From contig OX597817.1 in assembly GCA_951406725.2 (NCBI GenBank), positions 145,142,001 through 145,206,000 on the forward strand: a DNA stretch of 64,000 bases, given 5' to 3'. The translations under genes and the position numbers were made by a program. The notes below the pieces were generated by a model. The model had not been told where the DNA came from. It did no database searches and was given only the letters and a program-made list of their open reading frames with translations. The stretch is from Octopus vulgaris (Eukaryota). Numbering within the stretch: position 1 is the first letter of the stretch; the number at the start of each line of letters is the position of its first letter. Of this stretch, positions 40,595 to 53,901 are shown piece by piece.

Positions 40595-40950
40595 TCTTTT
40601 ATCTTTTACTTGTTTCAGTCATTAAACTGCGACCATGCTGGAGCACTACCATGAATCAACTCCAATATTCCTGGTGCTTATTCTATCATTCTCTTTTGCC
40701 AGACTACTAAATCACAGGGACGATAAACAAACCAACACCAGTTACCATGTGGTGGAGAGCACAAAGGCACACACACATATACACACACGAAAGGCTTCCT
40801 TCAGCTTCCATCTACCAAATCCACTCATGAGGGTTTGGTTGGTTCGAGGCTATTGTAGAAGACACTTGCCCAAGGTGCCATACAATGGGACTGAACCCAG
40901 GACCATGTGGTTGGGAAGCAAACTTCTTACCATACAACCACACCCGCACC
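40595..40950 (-). mobile_element. SINE family A
   Basis: Reverse complement of family A. Confidence 0.75.
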
Positions 40951-41543
40951 TATATTTATTTATTTATTACTTTGTCATGTTCTAGTTTTTTTACCCCACC
41001 ACTAAACAAACTATCATAGTAACATCTTCGAAAATTCTAATTATCAGAACAGATTGATAAACTGCATCTTGTATCTCGATAAAATACAGTTTACCCCCCA
41101 TTCCTTGTCATCTCTCATCTCTGTAATCAAAAAAATATGTATCTTGATATTCTTTGCTCTGTCATCTTAAATATTGTTGGTATCATATTAGCTCCAGACC
41201 AATTTTTCTTATCATGCATCATTTCGGTTATCTAACAAACAAAGCACTCTACTGCTATTATCGCCATCACCACCACCACCAACTTCTCGTAGTTTGTTCA
41301 TTATCAAATAATAAGGTATCATATTTTAGATAGCGAGATAGACAGACAGACTGACACATGCATATATATTGTTGACATCATCAGCATCATTGTTTTACAT
41401 TCACTCTCCAGCATCCAGTCTATGCTACCATAGAAAGTAGATGTAAAACAATGATGATGTGTATTTGTGTGTGTGTGCTTACACACACACACACATATAA
41501 TGCCAGCATGGAAAATGGACATTAGATGATATATATATATATT

Positions 41544-41760
41544 CTTTTATTCTTTTACTTGTTTCAGTCATTTGGCTGCAGCCATGCTGGAGCACCACTT
41601 TTAGTCAAGCAAATCAACCCCAAGTCTTATTCTTTGTAAGCCTAGCACTTATTGTATCGGCCCCTTTTGCAGAAATGCTAAGTTATGGGGACATAAACAC
41701 ACCAGCATCGGTTGTCAAACATATACAAACAAACATATACATACATATGAAAGAAGCCCG

Positions 41761-41804
<44 letters not shown>

Positions 41805-41955
41805 CGGGCTTCTTTCAGTTTCCGTCTGCCAAATCCACTCACAAGGCTTTGGTCAGCCTGAGACTATAGTAGAAGACACTTGGTCCACGCAGTGGGACTG
41901 AACCCAGAACCATGTGGCTGGTAAGCAATCTTCTTACCACACAGCCACTCCTGCA
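41544..41955 (-). mobile_element. SINE family A
   Basis: Reverse-complement, near full-length copy. Confidence 0.85.
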
Positions 41956-42190
41956 ACTATATATATATATAATTAATCCAAGAAAAAAAAAACAAAGAAA
42001 GATCACAACAAGAAAAAAATATCAACACAAGGACGTTGTACATGCAAAGTATTAAAAGATTGTCAGGGAAGGAAAGAAAGGTTGTTTTACATTTCAAGCA
42101 AAGCTCCTCTTCAGAAACAGGATTTGGAGGAAAGTCCAAGAGAAAAGGAAGACGGAGGAAAAAAATTGCCAACAATCCACATATAGTTAC

Positions 42191-42221
<31 letters not shown>

Positions 42222-43737
42222 CAGGCGTGCCTGTGTGGTAAGAAGCCTGCTTCCCAACCACATGGTTTCGGGTTCAGTCCCACTACATGGCACTTTGGGC
42301 AAGTGATTTCTACTAAATCCTCAAACCAACCAAAGCCTTGTCAGTGGATTTGGTAACTGGAAACTGGAAGAAGCCCATTGTATGTGTGTGTGTGTGGGGG
42401 GGGGGTTATTCCCCCAACATAAAAAAGTACCAGCATGAGACTTGAAAATTGCACTCCTGCATTTCATGGAGATTAAAAACTGCATCATTTCCTTAAATAT
42501 TCCTATGTTTTATCAAAATGCATCCCTCATTTAAATAAGAAACTTTTTTCCTTCTCCAACACACACACAATTTATTGAGTTTTTTTTTTTAAATAGATGT
42601 GAAGCTGCAAATTCAATGAATACATCAATATAAGAATAACTATCTGCACATTCCCATAAGTCTAGTCTTATGTAGTTTGAAAAAAAGTTAGGAGTAAAGA
42701 AATGAGGGTTGCATTCTCACACTTGTAGTATGTGTAACACCTGTTCAAAGAATCAAAATAGATTAGTTATTTGCAGCTGTGTGCACTTGTGTAAATCTGG
42801 TAGCTCTGTGTTATACATTTGTGCATCTGTTCATCAATGTACATGCAACCATAAAGAATTTGCTGGTTAATAATTATGGATGGTTAATTTATTTATTGGC
42901 ACACGTCCAAACTGGAAGCTTGTATCACACACACACACACTGCAGGTATTGTGTTGTGTATGTAATTTGAGAAATATACTTATCTTTCCTTTGTAGGAAA
43001 GTTGGGAAACCTGCCTAATATTTTATGCATATTATTTATAATTGCCATTAATTTTGCCGCTGTAATTACTTTTTTTTTAAAGTATTTTAACTGCTGATGG
43101 TAATTGGTTTGGCATCTTGCTGACCCTTTTTTCCATTCCTCCCTTTAATTTGGCTTTTAGTTGACCTTCTCTTCAACCTCTGCTAATAATATATCCACCA
43201 CTCTCCAGACAGTCTCTTCTCCTCCAAAAGTCATTAAGGCAGGTCTTTTAGGCCCCTATTCTTAATCCCTATCCCTACCCTTTATTTTCATAGAAGAGGG
43301 AAGGATGTCATGTAGCTTAATGATTCTGATGATGGATTTAGTAGGTTCATGGCATCTGACAAGTACTATCCAAAAGTATTCACTTGATGCTTCTTAACTC
43401 CTTCCCTCCAACACTTTCAGAATCAGAAAGGGTTAAGGGGCTACTAAAAAAAAAAAAACTATTCTTAGATTCAAATAACCATGTCCATAACCATGTTCTT
43501 CTTTCTCATATTGATTTATTTTGTCTAAGCACTAGACTGACTTTTGTTTGAAAATGGATAGAGTTGCTGGAACCAGGCTTGTATTTTGGTACTTTTTAAA
43601 TAATTCTGGTGGGGGTTGAAAATGGTGGAGCTTATGTGAGTAGAACAAGAACAGTGGACTATAAATCTGTAACACATGCATTAATTTAGTTCTGTTATTC
43701 CTGCCAATTCCACAAACAACCATTTTTTGTCTGTAAA

Positions 43738-43968
43738 TATTTATTTGTTTATTGCCCACATGTGGGGGAGGGCTGAACATAGAGGGGACAAGCAAGGACA
43801 GACAAAAGGATTAAGTCGATTACATCAACCCTAGTGTGTAACTGGTACTTATTTAATCGACCCTGAAAGGATGAAAGGCAAAGTCGACCTCAACGGAATT
43901 TGAACTCAGAACGTAACAGCGGATGAAATATTGCTAAGCATTTCACCCGGCATGCTAATGCTTCTGCC
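43738..43968 (-). mobile_element. SINE family B
   Basis: gaaaggatgaaaggcaaagtcgacc...ggaatttgaactcagaac...gctaatgcttctgcc. Confidence 0.85.
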
Positions 43969-44483
43969 CTTTTTTCTTTAAATGTTACCATTTTCTTTAG
44001 TAATTGCTAAGCAAAGACATTTTGCTGGTTTTCTTAAAATTATTTCTGCTTTCCATCCTCTCTTTTACCCTCTTCCAGTGATTTGTAGGATACCTGAGTA
44101 CTGTATTCAATAAGCTCATCAGAGGGCAAAGTGGCAGGGATCATTAATGTTGGACAAAATGTTTTGCAGTTTGTGTCCTGGCACTTTATGTTCTGGGTTC
44201 AAACTGCTTTGGACAACTTTGCTTTTTACAGCAAAGTTATCCTTAACAAAAAGACAGCAAGCTGACAAATTCATTGGATCATCAGAAGAAATGTTTTGTG
44301 ATATTTCTTCTGGTTCTTTATATTTGAATTCAAATTCCACCAAGGTCAACTTTGCCTTTCATCCATTCATCCAAGGTTCATAGAATAAAATACCAGTGAA
44401 GCACTTGTGTCAATGGTATCGACTAACCACCCTATTTTCTTCAAAATTACTGGCATTGTACCTTAATCAGAAGCCATTATTAC

Positions 44484-44523
<40 letters not shown>

Positions 44524-44525
44524 GC

Positions 44526-44888
44526 CGCCACCTTCGCTAAGGCAGAGGTGTTGTTTTTAGTTGTATTTGTTTGTTTGTCTGTGGACAAGATATCTCAAGA
44601 ACCACTGGATGGATTTGGATGAAACTTTCAGGGATGTTTGGCCTCGTGACTGGCACGAACTGATTAGATTTTGGGATCAGTTTAGTACCGTACAAAGATT
44701 CTGAATTTCTTTTCGTGTTTTTTTTGCTTAATTTTTGAGAGCAGTCAGGTTCCTTTTTAGTATTCTTGTTTGTGAGAGCAGTTGAGTTTATTTCAGATAT
44801 TCTCATTTTAAAAATCATCTCCAGCTAATCATTGAGAGGACATTGGTGTTGCCTTGGCGGAAGTCTGCACTCTCTGAGTGCTCTTGTT
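44526..44888 (+). mobile_element. Helentron/DINE-1-like non-autonomous element
   Basis: Subterminal inverted repeat ttcgctaaggc / gccttggcggaa, (GTTT/GTCT) microsatellite, 3' hairpin gcactc-tct-gagtgc, inserted in (ATT)n. A second copy lies at 47925-48279. Confidence 0.7.
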
Positions 44889-47696
44889 ATTTTTATTATT
44901 ATTGTTGTTATTATCATCATCATCATCATTATTAGCTGCAGCTACAGACTAGTATATACTCTAAATTTATGTTCCATCTAGATAATGGTATTTTAACACA
45001 TTAGACCCTTTGTTGTATTTATGTATTTACTTTATATCCTACAAGGGAGAAGAATATAATGTGACCTCCACATTTTGTACATAGAAAAAAAGTCAATAAT
45101 GTATATTTTATCCCCTTTTTGTTTTATTACACTCCAAATATGATGTTCCCCTACAATGTTGACGCTGATCTTTGTTTTGTATCAAATTTCATGCATCATA
45201 CAGTAGGCTGTTGAAAACTGGGTCTTTGAATTATAATGTATATATATATATATATATATGAATGTTTTCTCTATGTCTTCTTTTAGTTACTGTTATGTTT
45301 CTGTGGAATGGGTTGTAAAAAGGAGTAAAAAGACTGACAGTTTGATTTTTCCCTTTAGATTATCATTCTCACACCATCCACTGCCAAACAGAGTCACCTC
45401 ATTCCTACCACAATTCCCTGCCCTTCACCCTGGTCCCTCTTTCCTCACCAGAAACTACCCAAGTCACTTGACATTAATCTGAAATGAGATAATTCTCGGC
45501 AACACCATGTGATGTTCTTTTTTTTTCCCTACCAACTTTCAGCCATTTAAAGTCAATGAACAAGAAGCAAACGTCTATGTAATTGTATATTTTGGAAATA
45601 CACAAAGAATATTTGCTGATTCAGAAGAACAGGAATTTCTTAAAACCAAAACTACATAAAAAACAAACAAAAAAATTGACTTCAAATTACCAGTGCTAAT
45701 GAGGAAACCTTATGCAGTCCCTGAATCTGGTAGAAATAGAAGCTAAACCTTCCTCAAATCATGACCTATCTCTTTAAAAAGGGAAGGAAATTGTGGATAA
45801 TATAGTACTGGATAAACTTAGAAGGGATGGTCATGGCTGGAATGTTTTTATCATTATTATCATCTTCAGAGCCTTAATTATTAATTATGAAGGTCTTTAT
45901 CCTTATATCTCTGTTGTTACCATCATCAAAGATCATTATCACCATCCTCATCGCCACCATTATTTCTGTTTCTCTATTATTAAATCTTGTCTCAATAAAA
46001 AAAATCTCTTCATGATAGGTCAACTAGCTAGATGTAGCAGCCAAATCTCCCTCAGTGGAAAAGAAATTCCTTAAAACCAATCTACATCCAACAAAAAAAA
46101 ATACATACTTATCATATTTCAAATCATCATTGCAAAAGGAAACCGCTATGTGATCACTTAACCTGCTAGAAATAGCAGCAAAATCTTCCTAAAATCAAAT
46201 TTTATGGCCTTCAAAATTAAATGTCACATTAAATAATCTAGATATAGATATACATTGTTCTCTGACACAGAAATAAAGTGATTATCACAGGAACAACTCC
46301 AATTTATTGGCCAACTCAGTCACGATTGATTTGAGTATTTATAAGTAAAGTCTATACTTAGCTGAGGAGGTCTAATAATAAGGAAGCCTGTTTGCAGTTG
46401 CCTCCCATACTTTCTAGACTAAAATACGAGTCATTAAGCTTTCGTTGTCTTTCCTTTGCTGCATTTTTGGTTATTTTTATTTCCTGCATGAAATATGTTA
46501 ACACTTATATAACTACATTGAATAGCTTGTTATAATATCACCATATTTCTGGCAAACGAGAGAGGGAAAGAAAAGAACACTGGTTTTATTCTATTACTTC
46601 CAACTGTAACCAAAATAAGGTCTTGAGAGAAATGAACAGATGTTATTGTCAGGAATGTAACACCAGCAAATATAAAACTCGGTTTTCTGTGACATGCACA
46701 GATGGGTTTCAAAATACGATACGTTTTTATAGCGCCAGTTAAAGAAAAAAAAATTATTTGAAAAGTAGCTATTATTAAAGTAAATTATATTTTCCTGTCT
46801 GGATAAACAAAATTTTAAGGAATTATATTAGAATAAATACGTGGCCAATTTTTCTTTCTCGTTGATTAAATTATATTTTATGAGTTCTATACTCTAAGGG
46901 AAATAACTTTTAGTTGCACCTTGTTTCCATCAGTTTCTTGTAGAAATGTTTTTCTTCTCTTTTTTTTTATTAGATCAAATTTTCTTCAGATATTTTGTTA
47001 ATAATAATTATTATTTTACTATTGTAAAGAATTTGTAAACATCAATTTTTTCCTTCTTATTTTTCGTTAAACGCTTCCTTAATAAATATTATTTTCTACA
47101 TAATGTGGTTTATTCAAGGGACATAACAACCGCTTATTCAGGTTTAGTCACCGTCTCTCCTTTTCTTTTTAATTAGCTATTGACTAATTGTCTAAATCAA
47201 AATAAATAAATAAATAAAATTATTAGTTTTGATTGTTTCCTGTTTGTTAACAATGGTAATTATTTGTTCCTGTCTCCTTAACAGTTTTAATATTCGTTGA
47301 AATACCTCTTCTTTGTATAGTTAAAGAAAACATTATTTTACAGAAAGGAGCATAGAAAAAAACATGACTCATTTTTGATAGAATTCTTTATATTTTTGTT
47401 TTTTTCGTAAAACATTGCTGCTGAACAATAAAAATTTTAATTTTCTGTTTATAGAGCTGGGCTTATTTAATAAAGACAAAAAATATTATAAGTGTTTCTA
47501 ATTGTAGCACAAAGCCAACAATTTTGAGGGGAGGGGGTTAATTGATGCCATAGACACCAGTACTTCATTGGTACTTTATTTTATCAATCCCGAAAGAATG
47601 AAAGGCAAAGTTGACCTCAGCAGAAATTTGAACTCGCAATGCAAAGAGAAATGTCACTAAACTGTTTGTCCAGAGAGCCAGCAATTTTGCTTAATA

Positions 47697-47898
47697 TCAT
47701 CATCATCATCATCATTTAACGTCTGTTTTCCATGCTGGCATGGGTTGGACAGTTTGGCAGAAAACTGGTAAGCTGGGGAGCTGCACTGGGATTCAATCTG
47801 ACTTGGCATGGTTTCTACAGCTGGATGCCCTTCCTAATGCCAACCACTCTGAGAATGTAACAGGTGCTTTTTTACATGCCACTAGCATGGGTGCCAGA
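47697..47898 (-). mobile_element. Family F fragment
   Basis: catttaacgtctgttttccatgctggcatggg...ctacagctggatgcccttcctaatgccaaccac. Confidence 0.75.
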
Positions 47899-47924
47899 TA
47901 TAATAATAATAATAATAATAATAA

Positions 47925-48279
47925 TGAGCACTCAGAGAGTGCAAAACTCCACTAAGGCAACACCAATGATTAGCTGGAGATAATTTTTAAAATAAGAATA
48001 TCTTAAATAAACTCAACTGCTCACACAAACAAGAATGCTAAAAAGGAACCTGACTGCTCTCAAAATTTAAGTAAAAAAAACAGAAAAATAATCCAGAATC
48101 CTTGTCCGGTACTGGATCGATTCCAAAATCTAAGCAGTTTGTGTTAGTCACGAGGCTAAACATCCCTGAAAGTTTCATCCGAATCCATCCAGCAGTCCTT
48201 GAAATATCTTGTCCGCAGACAAACAAACAAACAAACACAACTGAAAGCAATGCTTCCGCCTTTGTTAAGGCGAAGGTAA
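47925..48279 (-). mobile_element. Helentron/DINE-1-like non-autonomous element
   Basis: Reverse complement of 44526-44888, flanked by (AAT)n. Confidence 0.7.
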
Positions 48280-48612
48280 TAATAATAGTAATAATAATAA
48301 TTGTAATAATAATCCTTTCTACTATAGTGTTTGAGAAATGATAGTTAACTGAAATTTCGAGGGAGGGGGCCAAGACGATTACATCGACCCTAGTGTATAA
48401 CTGGTACTTATTTCATCAACTCTGAAAGGATGAAAGGCAAAGTCAACCTTGGCAACTTAATAATTGAGGTACAAGGCCAACAATTTTGAGAGGTGTATAT
48501 TAGTCAATGCAATCAACCCAGTACTTAAGTGGTTCTTTATTTTATCAGCACCAATAGTTGAAATTGGCAGGGTTTGAACTAAGAACGTAGGAAAAAAAGG
48601 AAAAAATAACAA

Positions 48613-48760
48613 GGTGGCTGTGTGGTAAGTAGTTTGCTTCTGAACCACATGGTTCCAAGTTCAGTCCCACTGTGTGGAACCTTGGGCAAGTGTCTTCTAC
48701 TATAACCTCAGGCCAACCAAAGCCTTGTGAGGGGATTGGCAGACAGAAACTGAAAGAAGC

Positions 48761-48819
<59 letters not shown>

Positions 48820-48953
48820 TTGTGTGTCTGTGTTTAGGTCCCAGTAACTTACCAGTTCAGTAAAAGAGACCGATAGAATAAGTACTAGGCTTACAAAGAA
48901 TAAGTCCTGGGGTCGATTTGTTCAACTAAGGGTGGTGCTCCAGCATGGCCACA
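48613..48953 (+). mobile_element. SINE family A (internal deletion)
   Basis: Head and tail present; part of the body is missing. Confidence 0.8.
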
Positions 48954-49487
48954 GGTTATAGAATAAATGAATAGAACCGGGCATATTTTGTCCAACTCTC
49001 TTGTGCCGGAAAAATTGCTGTGAAATGTCTGTTCTGGTTTTTTACTTTCTGGGTTAAAATCCTGCCAACCTCAATTCTGCCTTTCATGCTTTTCAGGGTT
49101 GATAAAATAAGGTGCCATACAAATACTGAGATCAAGGTTATTGGCTTACTCCCCTCTTGGAATTATTGGCTTTGTGCCAAAATTAGGAGCTGTTGAAGGT
49201 TGTGAGCTGTCAGATTCATTAGCAGATTGGTAAAAATGCCTTGTGGTATTTCTTCTGTCTCCTTACATTCCTAGCTTAAATCTTACCTAGGTCAACTTTG
49301 CCTTTCATCCCTTCAGGGGTCAATGAAACAGTCAAATAGTTGGGGTTGATGTTAGCAACTAACCCCTTCCCTCAAAATTGCTCCCCTTGTGCTGAAATTG
49401 CTTTATAGTGATATATTTCTGAATGGTTGTTTTGTAGGTTAGTATTTAATATCTTCATCATTATTGCCATTTAACGGCTGCTTTCCA

Positions 49488-50109
49488 GGATCTGTTCAGT
49501 TTGGCTCACAGATGTTCTAATTAAATTTTTTTAACTAAACAGTTTGAAACTTCGTATACTGGTGGAATGTCTCAGACAGAACATGGTTTACTTTGAACAT
49601 TTTTGATGAAATTTCATCTTTTAGAAGTTATTTCGTGTTAAAGTTGTCATGTTCAGGTAATTTCAACCAATCAACAACGTGTATTCAGTTGAAGAAAGCT
49701 ACTTCTGTTTGCAATAGTAATCGAAGAGGAACAATTTTCTAGGTCATCTCTACTAAATGTCACCTCTCTGTTCTATTCATATGGCGAGTGAAGACAATGC
49801 CACCTTTATCCTTTCTTCCTTTCTAGTCAGTACTGTACATTCCTTACTTTTTTTCCCCCGGAAGTTGTTCCTCTTCGATTACTATTGCAAACAGCAGTAG
49901 CTTTCTTCAACCAAATACACATCATTGATTGGTTGAAATTACCCAAATACGACAATTTTAACATGAAATAACTTCTAAAATACCAAATTTTGTTAAAAAT
50001 GTTCAAAGTAAGCTGTGTTCTGCTTGAGACATTCCACCAGTATACAAAGTTTTAAACTGTTTAGTTAAAAAAAGTTAACTAAAACATCTGTGAGCCAAAC
50101 TGAACATCC
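49488..50109. mobile_element. Foldback/MULE-like element with about 250-bp inverted arms
   Basis: 49488-49740 is the reverse complement of about 49860-50109. Flanked by gctttcca / actttcca, and it splits a family F copy. Confidence 0.8.
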
Positions 50110-50544
50110 ACTTTCCATGCTGCTATAGGTTGGATGGTTCAACAGGAACCATCCATACAGAGGACCGTATCAAGTTCCAGTGTGTATTTGACATGGCTAC
50201 TACAGACTGATGCGATTCCTCGTGCCAACCTCTCCACAGAATGTATTGGCTGTTTTTTGTGTTTGTGCAATTCTGGCACTAATGAGGTCAACAAGTAACT
50301 CACTAGACAAGACCCCTCAACTGTGTGGGGTTGCAGAATTATGGGAGGTGGATGGATGATAAAGAGACCAAAACAGCTGTCCTCATGAAGAGAAGATACA
50401 TGGCTTCATAACAGAAAAGAGAGAGAGAGAGAGATGGTGAAAGTGTACCCTCGAGGTACAAGGTGAATATAAGAGTGAAAGAGATTGGGTTGAGGAGTAG
50501 AAAGGATGGGTTGGTAGCTAAGAATGTGAAAGAAGTGTGACATA

Positions 50545-50763
50545 TATTTCTTTACTACCCACAAGGGGCTAAACACAGAAGGGACAAATAAAGATAGACA
50601 AAGGAATTAAGTCGACCCCAGTGCGTAACTGGTACTTAATTTATCGACCCCGAAAGGATGAAAGGCAAAGTCGGCCTCAGCAGAATTTGAACTCAGAACG
50701 TAACGACAGATGAATTATGGCTACGCATTTCACCCAGCATGCTGACATTTCTGCCAGCTCGCC
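50545..50763 (-). mobile_element. SINE family B with 10-bp TSD
   Basis: Flanked by GTGTGACATA at 50535-50544 and 50764-50773. Confidence 0.9.
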
Positions 50764-52310
50764 GTGTGACATAGTTAAAGATGGACACCACTTATTGCTC
50801 TCCCCCACCCCGCCACCACCACCACTATCACCAATTTGTTTGATTTTTTCTGTAAAAGGAACACATAATGTCGTTGACTTTTTGATTTTCTCTCTGTTTG
50901 CGTACAACAAACCACCTTGACAAACATATTGTAATTCTCTCCTAACTACTTCATATAAACCCCCATCACAAACCCCTCTTAGAAACCACCCCTGTAAAAC
51001 TCGTCTTACAACGTCATTAACTTCTTGGTTTTTTATCTCTGTTTACACACATCAAACCACCTTGATAAACAAATTGTAATTCTCTCTAAACTCCTCATAA
51101 ACCTGTCCTATAAGTCTACCTTGGCAAACCTGTCATATATGTCTCCGTCATCTACTCTCAACTCTTATCAATCACTAGAATCAAAAATAATATAAAACGA
51201 ATGTTTCTTTGCTGTTGTTTCTTTTTTACTTCCTTAAGCTTTTCAATATTAGTTTATTCCAATTCAGCAGATGGAATTATTGATTTTTGTATGTTTTTTC
51301 CATTTATTTATATATTTATTCATAGTATTTTTTTTAACAAAATTCAATTTATTCCATTAGTCGCAGATGATTTATTGACAATATGGACAGCATTCTATTG
51401 TATTTATTTCTTGAAAAAGAAATTATTATTATTATTGGATTAGAGTTTCAGAAATGATATTTAACTGTTGGTCTTGAAAATCTTGCTACAAGCACTTTGA
51501 ATTATGTCCTTAAAAGTAAGACAGATTACATTAACTCTTATCCGAATTTATTGCTGAGTTTATTCGAGTGTTAAGCATGGCTGTGTGGTTAAGAAGCTTG
51601 CTTTGCAACTGTGTGATTCCAGGTTCAGTTCCACTGCACTGCAACTTGGGCAAGTGTTTTCTACTATAGCCCTGGGCCAACCAATACCTTGTGAGTGGAA
51701 GATGGAAACTGTGGAAATCATCATTGTGTGTGTGTTATAAAGTGGATTCCTCCCACTGGTGTGATGTGTGACTGCCATTGTACTATAGTTACTGTTTTAC
51801 ACTAGTAGCCACAATAGTTACTAGTCATCGGATACAGTTGTATCTCTTCATACTAGAATAGTAATACGCTGGAAGGCCTTACATTAAATATGAAGTCTAA
51901 AATAGGTTTTGTATCATAAAAAACCGGGGTGGTTTCGGGTGGGACACTATTAAAAGATTTAATCCTTTACCATATCTGGCCCAGATATTCTACTTTTTTC
52001 TATGTTCAAACAAGCCAGATTCAGCATCTCTCACCTACTCTGCAATGTCATTTTAAAAAACACATCTACAAGACAAAGCATGATTAATTGAAAACAATGT
52101 GAATAAATAAATGTTACATTTGACTGAGTAATCTAAATGCTAAAGAGTGTGTTGCCTTATATTATTCATAATAGTATTAAAGCTGATATTTTGCAATTTA
52201 TGTTTGGTTACTGGAAGTTGTTCCATCTCATGTTTGGTTGCTAAAAATGGTTTCATGTTATGCTTGATGTTTGATACAGAAAGCTACTCAATATTGTAAT
52301 CTTATGTAAT

Positions 52311-52560
52311 TGTATAAAATATGTATGATGATACAGAAAGTATACGAAATATAAGTATTGGTAAGGAATTATACAGAATATAAGCATTAAGATATTATGT
52401 GAAATATAAGCATATTTCATTTCAATACTTGTGAAATATATGTATAGCTATAGTAACTGTATGAAATCTAAGCAATGATACAATAATTATATGAAATCTA
52501 AGAATTAAATCTGTAATTAATTATATGAAATATTAATCTTGGTTTAATTCTATAAAATGA
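52311..52560. repeat. Degenerate about 30-bp AT-rich minisatellite
   Basis: Recurring (t)gaaat(a/c)taag core at roughly 30-bp spacing. Confidence 0.55.
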
Positions 52561-52742
52561 GTACGTGAACTATGGCAATTATATACAAGAGCACTGTGTG
52601 AACGTGTTTTAAATTTTTGTGTTGATTGCTTTCATTTGTGTGTTTTAAACACATTGCCTGATGCCATGCAATAAATATCTTCACCTGTAACAGAAGCAAA
52701 ATTTCTTTTTTCTCACCTTGCGTATGTGTTTACTTGTGATAT

Positions 52743-52783
<41 letters not shown>

Positions 52784-53861
52784 TGATATTTACTCAGTAG
52801 ATAAATACTTGCTTTTTTTTCTCACCTACATGTCAGGTATCTTCACCTGTGAAATAAACAGTTTGCCCCTCCGTTTGTCATCATTTTGTCAGTTTCTTAT
52901 TTCAAGACCGTGTAATTTTTTGTTGCTTGAGAGAGAAAGAAAGAAACAGACAGATAGAGTCTTTTATGTTTTATTTCCATTCGGTGAAATTTAAAGCAAA
53001 TTCACCTCTGTAAACACTAAACTAAATTATTTCTCAAAGTCAAGACATTTGATAAGGAATCTTCTCTCTTCTCATTAAGATAAAGTAAAGACTGAATTAA
53101 TTGGTCCTGGGTGTGTATATTATAGCTTCTACACACACCTTTCACTCTACCAAAAGATACAGATCAATAAATAACAGGTGCTGTAAAAAATATAAAGCAC
53201 TGAGAAAAAAAATGGTTATTTGGAACAGAAAGTTTTATTATTAGGACAGCAAGTGGCCATATCATTGGTGTGCCAACAATTACTGACTTACGTATCTTTA
53301 TGTTCTATGTTCAAATCTCACCAGAGTGGAGTTTGCTGCTGAAGTCAATTTTACCTTTCAACCTCTCTCTTGTTTGGTGGTGGTGGTCATGGTCGTGGTG
53401 AGGTTGATAAAATAGAGTCAAGTACTGGAGTTAATAAAATTAACTAGTTTCCTCTCCTGAATTTTATGCCTTGTGCCTATATTAGAAACATTATTATTAT
53501 TAATAATAATAAGCAAGATGGTGAGCTGGCAGAATTGTTAGCATGCTTGAGCATTTGCTCAACAGTGTTCCTTTCAGCTCTTTTACATTCTGAGTTCAAA
53601 TCCTGCCGAGGTCAACTTAGCCTTTTATTCCTCAGGGATCAATGGAATGCGATCACACTGCAGTCAAAGGTATTGGCTATAACTCCCCACCACCTCAAAA
53701 TTATTGACCTTGTGCCTAAATTAAAAACTACTACTACTTGTTGCTAGTAGTAGTAGTAGTAGTAACTATTTACCATGAGGAGAGTAGGTTAGATTTTTCT
53801 CTGCTAGAAAGACAACATGCACTGTATTTGAGAGTCCCTTTGCCTACATTCACACACACAT

Positions 53862-53901
<40 letters not shown>

